From Paracoccaceae bacterium (GTDB lineage: Bacteria > Pseudomonadota > Alphaproteobacteria > Rhodobacterales > Rhodobacteraceae): a DNA stretch of 37,318 nt. The stretch lies in the NCBI GenBank assembly GCA_023260935.1, contig JALQTL010000326.1, positions 1-37,318 of the forward strand, read 5' to 3'. The translations under genes were made by a program, and so were the position numbers. The notes below the pieces were generated by a model. That model searched no databases. It was not told the origin of the DNA and worked only from the letters and a program-made list of their open reading frames with translations. Below, piece by piece: positions 8,930 through 18,427 of the stretch (position 1 is the stretch's first letter; every line of letters starts with the position of its first letter).

Positions 8930-9868
8930 ATGAAACTGAAGACAGTGCTGATGGCGGCCACCGCATGCATGACGCTGCTTTCGCCGCTTGGCGCTTCGGC
9001 TGAAGGCGTAAGCAAGATCGGTCTTGCCGTTCCGAACCTGCAGGCAGACTTCTTCAACCAGATCAAGCTGGGCGTGGAAAACTATGCCAAGGAAAAGGGC
9101 ATCGAAGTTGTCGTTGTCGATGCCAAGAACGATACCGCCACCCAGGTCAGCCAGGTGCAGGATCTGATGACCCAAGGCATCGATGCCTTCATCTATATTC
9201 CGGCCGGTGCCGCAGCTGCCGCTGTTCCAACCCGTCTGGCCCGTGAAGCCGGCATCCCCGTCATCAACGTTGACCGCTTCCCCGAAGGCGAGCCGGGCGA
9301 TACCTTCATCGGCGGCGAAGGCGTGAATTCGTCCTATCAGGTGTGCAGCGAAATCATCAAGCGCGCGGGTGGTGCGGGCAAGATGGTTATCATCCACGGC
9401 CAGAAGGGCACCACGCCCGAAATCGACCGGACAGAAGGCTGCATGAAGGCCATCGGTGAAAACCCGGGCGTGCAGCTGGTCGACGAACAGTGGACCGAGC
9501 GCTGGTCGGCCGACGAAGGCTTTGCCATCACCCAGAACATGCTGACCGCAAACCCCGATATCACGATGATCTTCGGCCAGGCCGACGGCATTGCCATGGG
9601 GGCTGCCAAGGCGGTGGATGTGGCCAACCTGTCTGACAAGGTGGTGATCGGCGGCTATGACGGCGACGGTTCGGCACTGGAATATCTGGCCAAGTGCGAG
9701 GGCCCCTTTGTCGTGACCGCTACGCAAAGCACCCGTCGCATGGGCGTTCTGGCGGTGGATTCGGCCATTGCCGTGGCGAACGGCGAAGCGGTGCCCGAAA
9801 AGCAGGTTTCCGAAGCCGTGCTGACGACCTGCGACAACGCCGCCGAATTCGTGGCAAACCACCCGTAA
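8930..9868 (+). CDS. Sugar ABC transporter substrate-binding protein (RbsB-like)
   Basis: GGAGGAG RBS, signal peptide, 'NLQADFF', 'GIPVINVDR', 'GGYDG'. Confidence 0.94.
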   Translation: MKLKTVLMAATACMTLLSPLGASAEGVSKIGLAVPNLQADFFNQIKLGVENYAKEKGIEVVVVDAKNDTATQVSQVQDLMTQGIDAFIYIPAGAAAAAVPTRLAREAGIPVINVDRFPEGEPGDTFIGGEGVNSSYQVCSEIIKRAGGAGKMVIIHGQKGTTPEIDRTEGCMKAIGENPGVQLVDEQWTERWSADEGFAITQNMLTANPDITMIFGQADGIAMGAAKAVDVANLSDKVVIGGYDGDGSALEYLAKCEGPFVVTATQSTRRMGVLAVDSAIAVANGEAVPEKQVSEAVLTTCDNAAEFVANHP

Positions 9869-9891
9869 GCCCGGATGCAAAGGCAGCAGCC

Positions 9892-11379
9892 ATGACCAAG
9901 CCCCCGCCGATCCTGTCTCTTCGTCAGGTCCGCAAGACCTATGGGCAGATCGAGGTTCTGCACGGGATAGACCTTGATATCCACCCGGGCGAGGTTGTGG
10001 CACTGCTGGGTGAAAACGGCGCCGGAAAATCCACGCTGTCAAACGTGATTTCCGGCACCGTTCCGCCAACATCCGGCGACATGAAATGGCTTGGGGCGGA
10101 TTACGCCCCGGCTTCCCCGCGTGAGGCGATGGATGCCGGTGTCGGGATGATCCATCAGGAACTCAAGCTGTTGCCGCAGCTTTCAATCGCCGAAAACATC
10201 TTTGTCGGCCGCTATCTGATGAAGGCCGGCCGGATTGACCGGCGAGCGATGGAAGACCGCGCGCAGGCCGGGCTGAAGCGGCTTGGCCTTGATATTCCGC
10301 CATCGCGACTGGTTGAAGGCCTGTCAACGGCAAACCAGCAACTGATTGAAATCGCCAAGGCGCTGACCCTGAACGCCCGCCTGCTGATCCTTGACGAACC
10401 GACCGCGGCGCTGGGGGGCGAGGAAACCCAGCTGCTGTTCCGCCAGATCGAAAGGCTGAAGGCTGAAGGCGTCGGGATCATCTATATCTCGCACCGGCTG
10501 GAAGAAATCCGCCAGATCGCCGACCGTATCGTGGTGATGCGCGACGGCGCCAAGGTGCAGGAATTCGACAGGGGTGATGTGCCGGTTCGAACCATCGTCG
10601 AGGCGATGGTGGGCCGGTCGCTGGAACGCATGTTCCCGGAAATTCCAGCCCCCGCTGACAGCGTGACGCTGGAGGTGGAGGGCCTGACCTCGCCCGAGGA
10701 TCGCTTCCGCAATATCAGCTTTTCGGTGAAACGCGGCGAGGTGTTCGGGATCGCCGGGCTGATGGGGGCGGGGCGCACCGAACTGGTGCGTGCGCTCACC
10801 GGCGCGGACCCGATCCACCGCGGAACCGTCCGGCTGAATGGCCGCGACATTACCCCCCGGTCCCCCATTGATGCCATCCGCAATGGCATGGTTCTGGTGC
10901 CCGAGGATCGCAAGCTTCAGGGGGTGGTGCTGGATCATTCCATTGCCGAAAACATCGGCTATGCCAACCTGCCCGAACTGGCTGCGAATGGCTGGATCAC
11001 CCAGCGCAAGCTGCATGCCTTTGCAGATGACTTCATCCGCAAGTTCGGGGTCAAGGGCCATGGCCGCCAGAACGCCGGAGAGCTTTCGGGTGGCAACCAG
11101 CAAAAGGTGGTGCTGGCGAAGTGGCTGGCGCGCAAGCCGCAGGTGGTGGTGCTGGACGAACCCACCCGGGGCATCGATGTGGGCGCGCGGTCATCGATCT
11201 ATGAGCTGATCATGGATCTTGCCCGCAACGGTGTGAGCGTGATCGTCGTCAGTTCGGATCTGGAAGAGGTCTTGGGCGTGTCGAACCGGATCATGGTCAT
11301 GGCGCAAGGAAATCAGGCCGGCATTCTGGACCGCAAGGACGCCAATGACGTCTCGGTCATGGAACTGGCAACACTCTGA
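9892..11379 (+). CDS. Sugar ABC transporter ATP-binding protein (RbsA-like, two ABC domains)
   Basis: Walker A GENGAGKST, LILDEPT, 'LSGGNQQKV', 'LDEPTRGIDVGA'. Confidence 0.96.
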   Translation: MTKPPPILSLRQVRKTYGQIEVLHGIDLDIHPGEVVALLGENGAGKSTLSNVISGTVPPTSGDMKWLGADYAPASPREAMDAGVGMIHQELKLLPQLSIAENIFVGRYLMKAGRIDRRAMEDRAQAGLKRLGLDIPPSRLVEGLSTANQQLIEIAKALTLNARLLILDEPTAALGGEETQLLFRQIERLKAEGVGIIYISHRLEEIRQIADRIVVMRDGAKVQEFDRGDVPVRTIVEAMVGRSLERMFPEIPAPADSVTLEVEGLTSPEDRFRNISFSVKRGEVFGIAGLMGAGRTELVRALTGADPIHRGTVRLNGRDITPRSPIDAIRNGMVLVPEDRKLQGVVLDHSIAENIGYANLPELAANGWITQRKLHAFADDFIRKFGVKGHGRQNAGELSGGNQQKVVLAKWLARKPQVVVLDEPTRGIDVGARSSIYELIMDLARNGVSVIVVSSDLEEVLGVSNRIMVMAQGNQAGILDRKDANDVSVMELATL

Positions 11380-11394
11380 AGACGGGAACTCATC

Positions 11395-12183
11395 ATGTCG
11401 AACATCACCCTTAACGCGCCGAAACTGTTTGACCTGTCGGGTCGGGTTGCCTTTGTCACCGGGGCAGGCAGCGGGATCGGACAACGCATTGCCATGGGCC
11501 TTGCGCAATGCGGTGCCGATGTGGCGCTGCTTGACCGGCGCACCGATGACGGTCTGGCGCAGACGGCGGCCTTCATCAGATCGGCCGGGCGGCGCAGCAT
11601 TGAGATTGCCGCCGATGTGACGCAGGGCGAGAGTCTGAAAGACGCCGTCGCGCGGACAGAGGCAGAGCTTGGCCCCCTGTCGCTGGCCGTGAATGCAGCC
11701 GGTATCGCCAATGCCAATCCGGCTGAGGAGATGCCGGAAAGCCAGTTCCAGACGATGATGGACATCAACCTGAAAGGCGTGTTTCTGTCCTGTCAGGCCG
11801 AAGCGCAGGCGATGCTGAAACACGGGCGCGGTTCCATCGTCAACATCGCCTCGATGTCGGGGGTGATCGTGAACCGCGGTCTGATGCAGTGCCATTACAA
11901 TGCGTCGAAGGCCGGGGTGATCCACATGTCGAAATCGATGGCGATGGAATGGGTCGGGCGTGGCATCCGTGTCAATACGATCAGCCCGGGTTATACGGCC
12001 ACGCCGATGAACACCCGCCCCGAAATGGTGCATCAGACCCGATCCTTTGAAGAACAGACGCCGATGCAGCGGATGGCCACGGTGGATGAAATGGTCGGCC
12101 CGGCCGTCTTCCTGCTGTCGGATGCCGCAAGCTTTGTCACGGGTGTGGACCTGCTGGTAGATGGCGGCTTCTGCTGCTGGTAA
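11395..12183 (+). CDS. SDR polyol dehydrogenase / ketose reductase-like
   Basis: TGAGSGIG, 'ASMSG.IVNRGLMQCHYNASKAGV', 'NTISPGYT.TPM', as in polyol 2-dehydrogenase-type SDRs. Confidence 0.92.
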   Translation: MSNITLNAPKLFDLSGRVAFVTGAGSGIGQRIAMGLAQCGADVALLDRRTDDGLAQTAAFIRSAGRRSIEIAADVTQGESLKDAVARTEAELGPLSLAVNAAGIANANPAEEMPESQFQTMMDINLKGVFLSCQAEAQAMLKHGRGSIVNIASMSGVIVNRGLMQCHYNASKAGVIHMSKSMAMEWVGRGIRVNTISPGYTATPMNTRPEMVHQTRSFEEQTPMQRMATVDEMVGPAVFLLSDAASFVTGVDLLVDGGFCCW

Positions 12184-12196
12184 CGCGGTCGCACCG

Positions 12197-13276
12197 TCAG
12201 GCGCGCGCGGCCAGAAAGGCCTGCACCGCCCGCGATGATGCCTCTGCCGCGCCGGAAAGGTAGCCGGGCTCGGTCAGGCTGACCTCACTTCCCGCAAGGG
12301 AAAGCACGCCCGCCCAACTGCCCCCGACCCACGAAGCGGCAGGGTGGGGGTGGCCCGATGCCTGCTGATCTGACGCTGTGGCTGTCATAGGGTCTGCCGC
12401 CCAATCCTTGAACAGGGTTGCATGGGGTTGTGCTGCTTCGGGGCCGAACAGGCGGGCAAGTTGCTGGACACAAGCACGGGTCAGTACGTCCTGGCCCAGC
12501 CTTGCGCGTTCGCTGGCCGAAATCCCCAGAAAGCCGAACAGTGCGGCCCGGCCGTCGGCCGTGCTCGCGTCGTGGATCTCGGCCATCGGGCCGATCATGC
12601 TTTGTGCCGTGCCTGAAAGGCCTGCCGATTGCCAGAAGGGCCGGTCATACAGCGCCAGAAACTTGGCATGGGGCGCCATCCATGTTGCGGTATCGCGCCA
12701 CAAGGCAAGCGTGCCGGCAGGCAGCGCCGGAGCAAAGCGGATCGCCTCTGCCATGATCCGTGGCGGCAGGGCGGCAATCACATGGCCGGCGCCGATCTTG
12801 CGGCCGGGCAGGCACAGAACGACGCGCGTATCTTCCATGATCAGGCCTTCGACCGGGGTGCCCGGATGCAGGCGGTCCATCGGCAGGCCTTGCGCAATCC
12901 GGCGGATCAAGGCGCCTGTCCCGCCCGAAAGCCGCATCGATTGCGGTTCCTGCCGCATGCCGGGGTAACGCTTCGGCCCTTCGTGGGGCATGCGTTCAAA
13001 CACCAGATCGCCGTTACTGGCCTGTGGGAAACTGGAAAGCCCAAGTTCCCGCACCAAGGTGCCGATGGGGGGCTGCATCTGTGGCCAGAACCATGATGGT
13101 CCAAGATCAAATCCGTCTTCCGCAGGCGCCCCGGCTTCGTCCACCGTCAGGATGCGGCCGCCCAGACGATCCCGCGCTTCGAACAGCTGGAAATCCACAC
13201 CCGCGTCATGCAGCAGGCGCGCAGCGTTCAGCCCGGCCAGACCGCCGCCGATGATGGCAACCTCTGTTTCCAGCAT
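12197..13276 (-). CDS. Flavin-dependent amine oxidase family protein
   Basis: 'VAIIGGGLAGL', 'FEARDRLGGR', 'FDLGPSWFW', 'AGSE....PGYLSGA'. Confidence 0.9.
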   Translation of the reverse strand: MLETEVAIIGGGLAGLNAARLLHDAGVDFQLFEARDRLGGRILTVDEAGAPAEDGFDLGPSWFWPQMQPPIGTLVRELGLSSFPQASNGDLVFERMPHEGPKRYPGMRQEPQSMRLSGGTGALIRRIAQGLPMDRLHPGTPVEGLIMEDTRVVLCLPGRKIGAGHVIAALPPRIMAEAIRFAPALPAGTLALWRDTATWMAPHAKFLALYDRPFWQSAGLSGTAQSMIGPMAEIHDASTADGRAALFGFLGISASERARLGQDVLTRACVQQLARLFGPEAAQPHATLFKDWAADPMTATASDQQASGHPHPAASWVGGSWAGVLSLAGSEVSLTEPGYLSGAAEASSRAVQAFLAARA

Positions 13277-13289
13277 GATTGCCCCCTGC

Positions 13290-13970
13290 CTATTGCGGCA
13301 TCTGCAAGACATCGGCGTGCTGCAAGGGGGCATCCTTGATCCAGACGCGGGCCCCTGCCACCCCGATACGCGCTTCAAGAGGCATGCCGGCCGGCCGGCG
13401 GTGCCAGCCCTGCGCGCCAAGGGCTTGCCCGTCGACCGTCACATTTCCCGAAAGAACCAGCATTTCCAGCCCGCGCGGGTTGGCAATCTGCACATCGGCC
13501 CCGGGCTGCCAATCCTCCAGCGCCACCCGTTCTGCCCCGTCATCAAACAAGGTCTGCGCCGACACTGCCCCCGGCCGCAGGGGGGCCGCATCGCCCTGCC
13601 CGGGCTGGCGGACGATCTGCGCCGTATCGCCCTGCCGGTATTGCCAGAGACGCACAAAGATCACGCAGCCGTCCTTCGCCGCAGGGCTGTGCGCCGTGCC
13701 CGGTGGATTGCGGAAATAGCAGCCCGCCGGATAATCACCGTGTTCATCCTGAAACGTGCCTTCCAGAACCAGAATCTCTTCGCCGCCCGTATGGGCATGG
13801 GCCGGAAAGGCGCTGCCGGGCGCATAGCGCACGATCGAGGTCGCGCGTGCCACCTCGTCGCCCACGCGATACAGCATCTTGCGGTCCACCCCTTTCGCAG
13901 GGCTTGCCACCCAATCCATCTGGCCGGCCTGCACCGTTACCGGACGGCTGAAATCGTCATTGATGCGCAT
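13290..13970 (-). CDS. ChrR-like cupin domain protein
   Basis: 'MRINDDFS', 'ARATSIVRYAPGSAFPAHAHTGGEEILVLEGTFQDEHGDYPAGCYFRNPPGTAHSP'. AGGGGA RBS before ATG 13970; the longer ORF-track start is rejected. Confidence 0.88.
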   Translation of the reverse strand: MRINDDFSRPVTVQAGQMDWVASPAKGVDRKMLYRVGDEVARATSIVRYAPGSAFPAHAHTGGEEILVLEGTFQDEHGDYPAGCYFRNPPGTAHSPAAKDGCVIFVRLWQYRQGDTAQIVRQPGQGDAAPLRPGAVSAQTLFDDGAERVALEDWQPGADVQIANPRGLEMLVLSGNVTVDGQALGAQGWHRRPAGMPLEARIGVAGARVWIKDAPLQHADVLQMPQ

Positions 13971-14114
13971 CTTTTCCCCTTTGTCATCAGATCCATGTGG
14001 CAGGCCTGTCACAAGGCTGCCTTCAGCCGGCTGATCGCCTGATCCGCGGTCGCGCGGGGGGAACCAAGTTTCACCCGCATGTAACCCTGACCTTCCACCC
14101 CGAATTTCTGGCCC

Positions 14115-14320
14115 TTGTCGAACCAGACCCGTGCCATTCACCGCCGCCGCGAAATGGGCAGGGTTTGCGCGCAGATAGTCCAGCAGCGCCACGAGCCAAG
14201 GCTCCCCATGACGATAGGCGGCCTCCGCCGCGACCATGCCCATCACATTCACCAGCTAAAACATGCTGCGGTCATACTGGCGCAGGAATTCGGCGCGCAT
14301 GCGGGTGTCCTGAAACAACG
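14115..14320 (-). pseudogene. Internal fragment of a MalY/PatB-family PLP enzyme (cystathionine beta-lyase-like)
   Basis: FQDTRMRAEFLRQYDRSMF*LVNVMGMVAAEAAYRHGEPWLVALLDYLRANPAHFAAAVN. The 'AAEAAY..GEPWL..LL.YL..N' motif is typical of PatB. In-frame TAG at 14256-14258; both ends missing; boundaries approximate. Confidence 0.75.
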
Positions 14321-14415
14321 GCGGTCATACGGTGATATACCCGGAACTGCCTGACGGGAATTGGCACGAGTTCATCAACCCGTGAACCGGCCATACAGTC
14401 AAACGGGCGGCTCTG

Positions 14416-14439
14416 GCCACTTATGCCCTGCGAAGTGGC
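14416..14439 (-). terminator. Hairpin immediately after the dpaL stop
   Basis: GCCACTT-N10-AAGTGGC inverted repeat, no U-tract. Confidence 0.3.
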
Positions 14440-15639
14440 TTAGACGGGGGTAGGGTTCAATACGGCCTCTGGTGCCTGCCCGACGATCCGGGCGTAAAGG
14501 GCTGGGTCGGTGGCGCCTTCGGTGTTGATCACCAGAAGCCGCGCCTTCGGCCCAAGGCCGATCCGCGCGGCAAGGTCGGCATCGCGCAGTACCGCCACGG
14601 CGCCGGCCAGCCCCACCGCCCCGCTTTCACCCGCCACCACCGGCGGATCCCCCGCCCCGGGCGCGGCCAGCCTGCGCATGATGGCGGTCGCTTCCTCCTC
14701 CTCCAGTGTCATGAAGCCGTCAGCAACCCGCTCCAGCACCCGAAAGGCAATCAGCGAGGGTTCATAGCATTCCAGCATGGCCATGACCGTGGGCTGATCT
14801 TCGGCCACTTTCACCACATGCCCGGCCTGCGCACTGGCCCACAGGCAGGCGGCACGGGCGGGTTCCACCACTGTTACATGCGGGCGGTCCTTGCCCATGC
14901 GCAGGGCCAGATGCCCGGCAACCGCCGCCGCAAATCCGCCAACGCCCGCCTGAAGGAACACATGGGTTGGCGGTTCGGGCAGCTGCGCCATCGCCTCGGC
15001 CACCATGGCGGTATAGCCTTGCATCACCAGCCCCGGGATTTCCTCATATCCCGGCCACGAGGTATCGGACAGCACCGTCCAGCCTTCGGCTGCGGCGACC
15101 CGCGCGGCCTCGGCGACGGAATCGTCATAATTCCCCGCCACACGCGCCATTTGGGCGCCATAGCGGGCAATGGCGTGGGTCCGGTCGGGGCTGACGCCTG
15201 CATGGACGAAGATCACGGCGCGCGCGCCCATCAGTTGCGCCCCTTGCGCGACAGATCGGCCATGGTTGCCATCTGTGGCGCAGGCAAAGGTCATCCCGGC
15301 CGCAACCGCCCGCACTTCGGGCGACAGGATCTCATCCAGTGCCACGGGCCGGCCAAGCCGCAAGGCCGCTTCGCGCTGCACCAGACGCATCAGCGCATAG
15401 GCCCCGCCAAGCGCCTTGAAACTGCCAAGGCCCAGCCGCTGGCCTTCATCTTTCAGATGCACCGACGCCAGCCCCAATTCCCGCGCCAGCCCGGGCAGGG
15501 CCAACAGCGGCGTTGCGGCATCACCGCCCCGCAAGGCCAGAACCCGCAGCACGGCATCGGCCCCGTCGCGGCCCAGCATTTCGCTGTCACGGGGATCAAG
15601 AGGTTGGCCGTGGGCGGGAAGGGTGTTGGTCAGATACAT
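14440..15639 (-). CDS. dpaL: Diaminopropionate ammonia-lyase (PLP)
   Basis: 'LKDEGQRLGLGSFKALGGAYA', 'ATDGNHGRSVA', 'DTSWPGYEEIP..VMQGY', 'QAGVGG', 'GESGAVG', 'NTEGATDP'. Confidence 0.92.
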   Translation of the reverse strand: MYLTNTLPAHGQPLDPRDSEMLGRDGADAVLRVLALRGGDAATPLLALPGLARELGLASVHLKDEGQRLGLGSFKALGGAYALMRLVQREAALRLGRPVALDEILSPEVRAVAAGMTFACATDGNHGRSVAQGAQLMGARAVIFVHAGVSPDRTHAIARYGAQMARVAGNYDDSVAEAARVAAAEGWTVLSDTSWPGYEEIPGLVMQGYTAMVAEAMAQLPEPPTHVFLQAGVGGFAAAVAGHLALRMGKDRPHVTVVEPARAACLWASAQAGHVVKVAEDQPTVMAMLECYEPSLIAFRVLERVADGFMTLEEEEATAIMRRLAAPGAGDPPVVAGESGAVGLAGAVAVLRDADLAARIGLGPKARLLVINTEGATDPALYARIVGQAPEAVLNPTPV

Positions 15640-15664
15640 GGTGCGCCCTTGTCCTGTAACAGGC

Positions 15665-16432
15665 TCAGCCCTGAGCCCGGCGCAGCACCGAATTCAGCGC
15701 AGCGGTCAGGGCCGCGGTGCCGCCAGCCTTCGTGAATTCGGCAAAGGCCTGTTCATTCAGCCCGCCAGCCGTGGAATGTTCGTGCCGCAGGTCGGCAAGG
15801 GAAAGCCCGCTGCCCTGTAGCACGGTGCCAAGATTTGCGAACATGCGGCCCAGATAGGCCCGGGCTTCCGCCTCGGTCAGGCCTTGCGCCTTGCCCCAGT
15901 CCTGCGCCACCTCGACAATGCCGAAATAGCTGCCCATCAGCGCGCTGAGCGTCGCGTAGGCATCAAAGGCTGCGCGGTCATGCACCGGCATGGCCTGCCC
16001 CAGCGCGCCGAAAATCTGCATCGCTTCGGGCAGGGGCGGGAAGACCGGCACGGCATCATTGCGGCTTTCGACAAAGGGCAGCGGAATGGCCCGGCACAGG
16101 CGCGCAACGCCGGTCCATGCGCGCAGCCTGTCGTGGTCAAGCCCGGCGATCAGGCTGATCACCGGCTTTTCGGGTGCGAAGCGAAGATCTGTCAAGACCG
16201 CCTCGGCCACTTGCGGGCGCACTGCCAGCACCACCAGATCGGCCCGGTCCAGCACATCCTGATTGCTGGACGCCACCGAAACACCGGGCAGTCCGGCCGC
16301 CAGTTCCGCCGAAAGCTGCGCGCTTCGCGGCGAAAGCAAAACCGGACGCTGCCCTTGTGCCGAGGCTTTCAGGCCCCGCACGATGGCTGCCGTGATCGTT
16401 CCGGTGCCGATGAAGCCAATGGTTTCCGTCAT
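15665..16432 (-). CDS. Pyrroline-5-carboxylate reductase-like NAD(P)-dependent reductase
   Basis: 'IGFIGTGTI', 'LAVRPQ', 'STAGGLNE'. Divergent ProC paralogue type. Confidence 0.85.
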   Translation of the reverse strand: MTETIGFIGTGTITAAIVRGLKASAQGQRPVLLSPRSAQLSAELAAGLPGVSVASSNQDVLDRADLVVLAVRPQVAEAVLTDLRFAPEKPVISLIAGLDHDRLRAWTGVARLCRAIPLPFVESRNDAVPVFPPLPEAMQIFGALGQAMPVHDRAAFDAYATLSALMGSYFGIVEVAQDWGKAQGLTEAEARAYLGRMFANLGTVLQGSGLSLADLRHEHSTAGGLNEQAFAEFTKAGGTAALTAALNSVLRRAQG

Positions 16433-16765
16433 CCGATATCCCCTGTCAGTGCCCGCTCAGTAACATCCGTGATGGCGGCAATGCCAGCTGCCGTGGCCGC
16501 CCACCTGTGCGACCGGAATGGCGTTTCGCCCGGCAGACCATTTGCCATGCTGGCGTCAAAGGCAAGGATATCGCGGAAAATGGCTCATCTGATCTGTGGG
16601 GTTGTCTGGCCCGCCCGCATCATCAGGGGTCAGCGTTTCGACCATGCCCCGCATCGCCTGAAGCAAGAGCAGCACATGGCGCAGCGACCGGGCCGAGACG
16701 CAGGTGCTGCCCCCCCCATTCAGGCGTGATAGACGGCGTGATGCCCGGGTTGCTGCGCCGCTACA

Positions 16766-18277
16766 TCACAGGCTTTCCACAAAGGCGATCAGGGCGTCCC
16801 GGTCCGGCTTTGGCAGGCCGATCACGCCATCGCGGGCGGGCTCTGCCTCTCCGCCATGCCACAGGATTGCTTCCAGCACGCTGCGGGCGCGCCCGTCATG
16901 CAGCAACTGGCCATGGCCGGAAACCTGCGCCGTCAGCCCGATGCCCCAAAGCGGCGGGGTCTTCCATTCACGGCCCGTCGCCCGGCCTTCTGGCCGGCCA
17001 TCGGCCAGCCCTTCGCCCATGTCATGCAGCAGAAGATCGGTATAGGGCCAGATCAGCTGAAACGACTGTTCGGGCTGCCCCTTCAGCCTGTGCGTCACAT
17101 GCTTGGGCGTGTGGCAGCCTTGGCAGTTCAGGCTATAGAACACTTCCTTGCCGCGCAGAACCTGTGGCGCGTCGGGATGCCGACGCTCGGGCACACCAAG
17201 ATTGCGCGAATAGAAGGTTACCAGATCAAGGCTTTTCGCATCGACTTCCAGCCCGTCTCGGGCATCGGGTTCCTGACCATGTGGGCCGCTGCGGCACTGG
17301 CTTTGCGCCGCGGTACAATCGCCCCAAGGGTCCGGGTACAGGGGCGTAGACAGCCCCATATCACCCGCAAAAGCCTCTGCCGATTGCTCTTTCACCGTCG
17401 GGGCGCTTGCCTTCAGGCCAAAGCGGCCCAGCATCGGCACGCCGAATTCGACCGAAGGCACGATCTGCGCGCGCCCCGAAATGCCGTCACCATCGATATC
17501 GTCCGGGTCTTGCCGGGCAAGGATGTCGGCGGCCGGAATGGCCTCAAGCAGCCCCAGCCCGATCATCTGCGGCGCCACCCGGGGCGAGATTTGCAGGTCA
17601 TCGGCCAAGGGCCCATAGCCGGGGGCCGATACGGCATAGCGGGGTGCGCGCAGGGAAACCACCGTGCCATCGGCCAGCGTTACCGGGGTTTCGGTATAGG
17701 TGATCTCCATCGTCGCCTCGGCCTTGTGGCCGGGCGCGGCAAGATCCTGCAACTGGCTGCCGTAGGTTGGCTCTGGCTGCGTGGCCAGCCATTCCTCGAT
17801 CGCGGCGGGTGTGGGGCCGCCGGGCACGGACAGCCGCAGGAACATGGATACCCGGCTGTCGTCCGGCCCGTCGGGCGTGTGGCCTCGCCCGTCCTTCAGG
17901 TGGCAATCCTGACAGGCGCGGGCGTTGTAAAGCGGCCCCAGCCCATCGGATGCCTTGGTCGATGCCGGGGCCGCCACCCACATCTTTCGAAACAGCGCAT
18001 TGCCCAGTTTGAAATCCATCTCATGCGCAAAGCGCATGTTCGCTGAGAACTGGCTGAACGCATCGGCATTGTCGCGCGCCCGAACCGTGGCCGCCCCCGC
18101 GGGGTTTTCCTCGAACTTCTCGGGCCGGGTGAAATCGGGCGGCGGGGCAAGAATGGCGGCGACCCGGGCCGCCTCTTCCGCCGTGCGCGCAATCACCGTT
18201 AGGTGCCGGTCATCCAAAGTCTGTGCCAAGGCCGGGGCGGCCAGAAAGGGCAGGATCAGAATTGGGCGCAGGTGCAT
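16766..18277 (-). CDS. Di-heme oxidoreductase family protein (DUF1111)
   Basis: Signal peptide, 'SDGLGPLYNARACQDCH', second heme motif 'CQGCH', 'YTDLLLHDMG', 'WKTPPLWGIG', 'LHDGRAR'. Confidence 0.92.
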   Translation of the reverse strand: MHLRPILILPFLAAPALAQTLDDRHLTVIARTAEEAARVAAILAPPPDFTRPEKFEENPAGAATVRARDNADAFSQFSANMRFAHEMDFKLGNALFRKMWVAAPASTKASDGLGPLYNARACQDCHLKDGRGHTPDGPDDSRVSMFLRLSVPGGPTPAAIEEWLATQPEPTYGSQLQDLAAPGHKAEATMEITYTETPVTLADGTVVSLRAPRYAVSAPGYGPLADDLQISPRVAPQMIGLGLLEAIPAADILARQDPDDIDGDGISGRAQIVPSVEFGVPMLGRFGLKASAPTVKEQSAEAFAGDMGLSTPLYPDPWGDCTAAQSQCRSGPHGQEPDARDGLEVDAKSLDLVTFYSRNLGVPERRHPDAPQVLRGKEVFYSLNCQGCHTPKHVTHRLKGQPEQSFQLIWPYTDLLLHDMGEGLADGRPEGRATGREWKTPPLWGIGLTAQVSGHGQLLHDGRARSVLEAILWHGGEAEPARDGVIGLPKPDRDALIAFVESL

Positions 18278-18427
18278 GGTGAAAGCCTTTCCTGCCCCCA
18301 CGGTATCGCAGAGCTTGCCTGCCTTGATCGCCCAGCTGACCGCGCCCGACGCTTTCGCACGCCGGCGCCCATTGTTTGCCATCGTCCTGCAATCATCGGC
18401 CATCAGGGCACCCGGCCTTTCCCGTGG

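Noticed and set aside
13290-14252. A 320-aa PatB-cupin fusion protein
   Set aside because: Chance in-frame join of a pseudogene fragment through non-coding sequence. The cupin has its own RBS and ATG at 13970.
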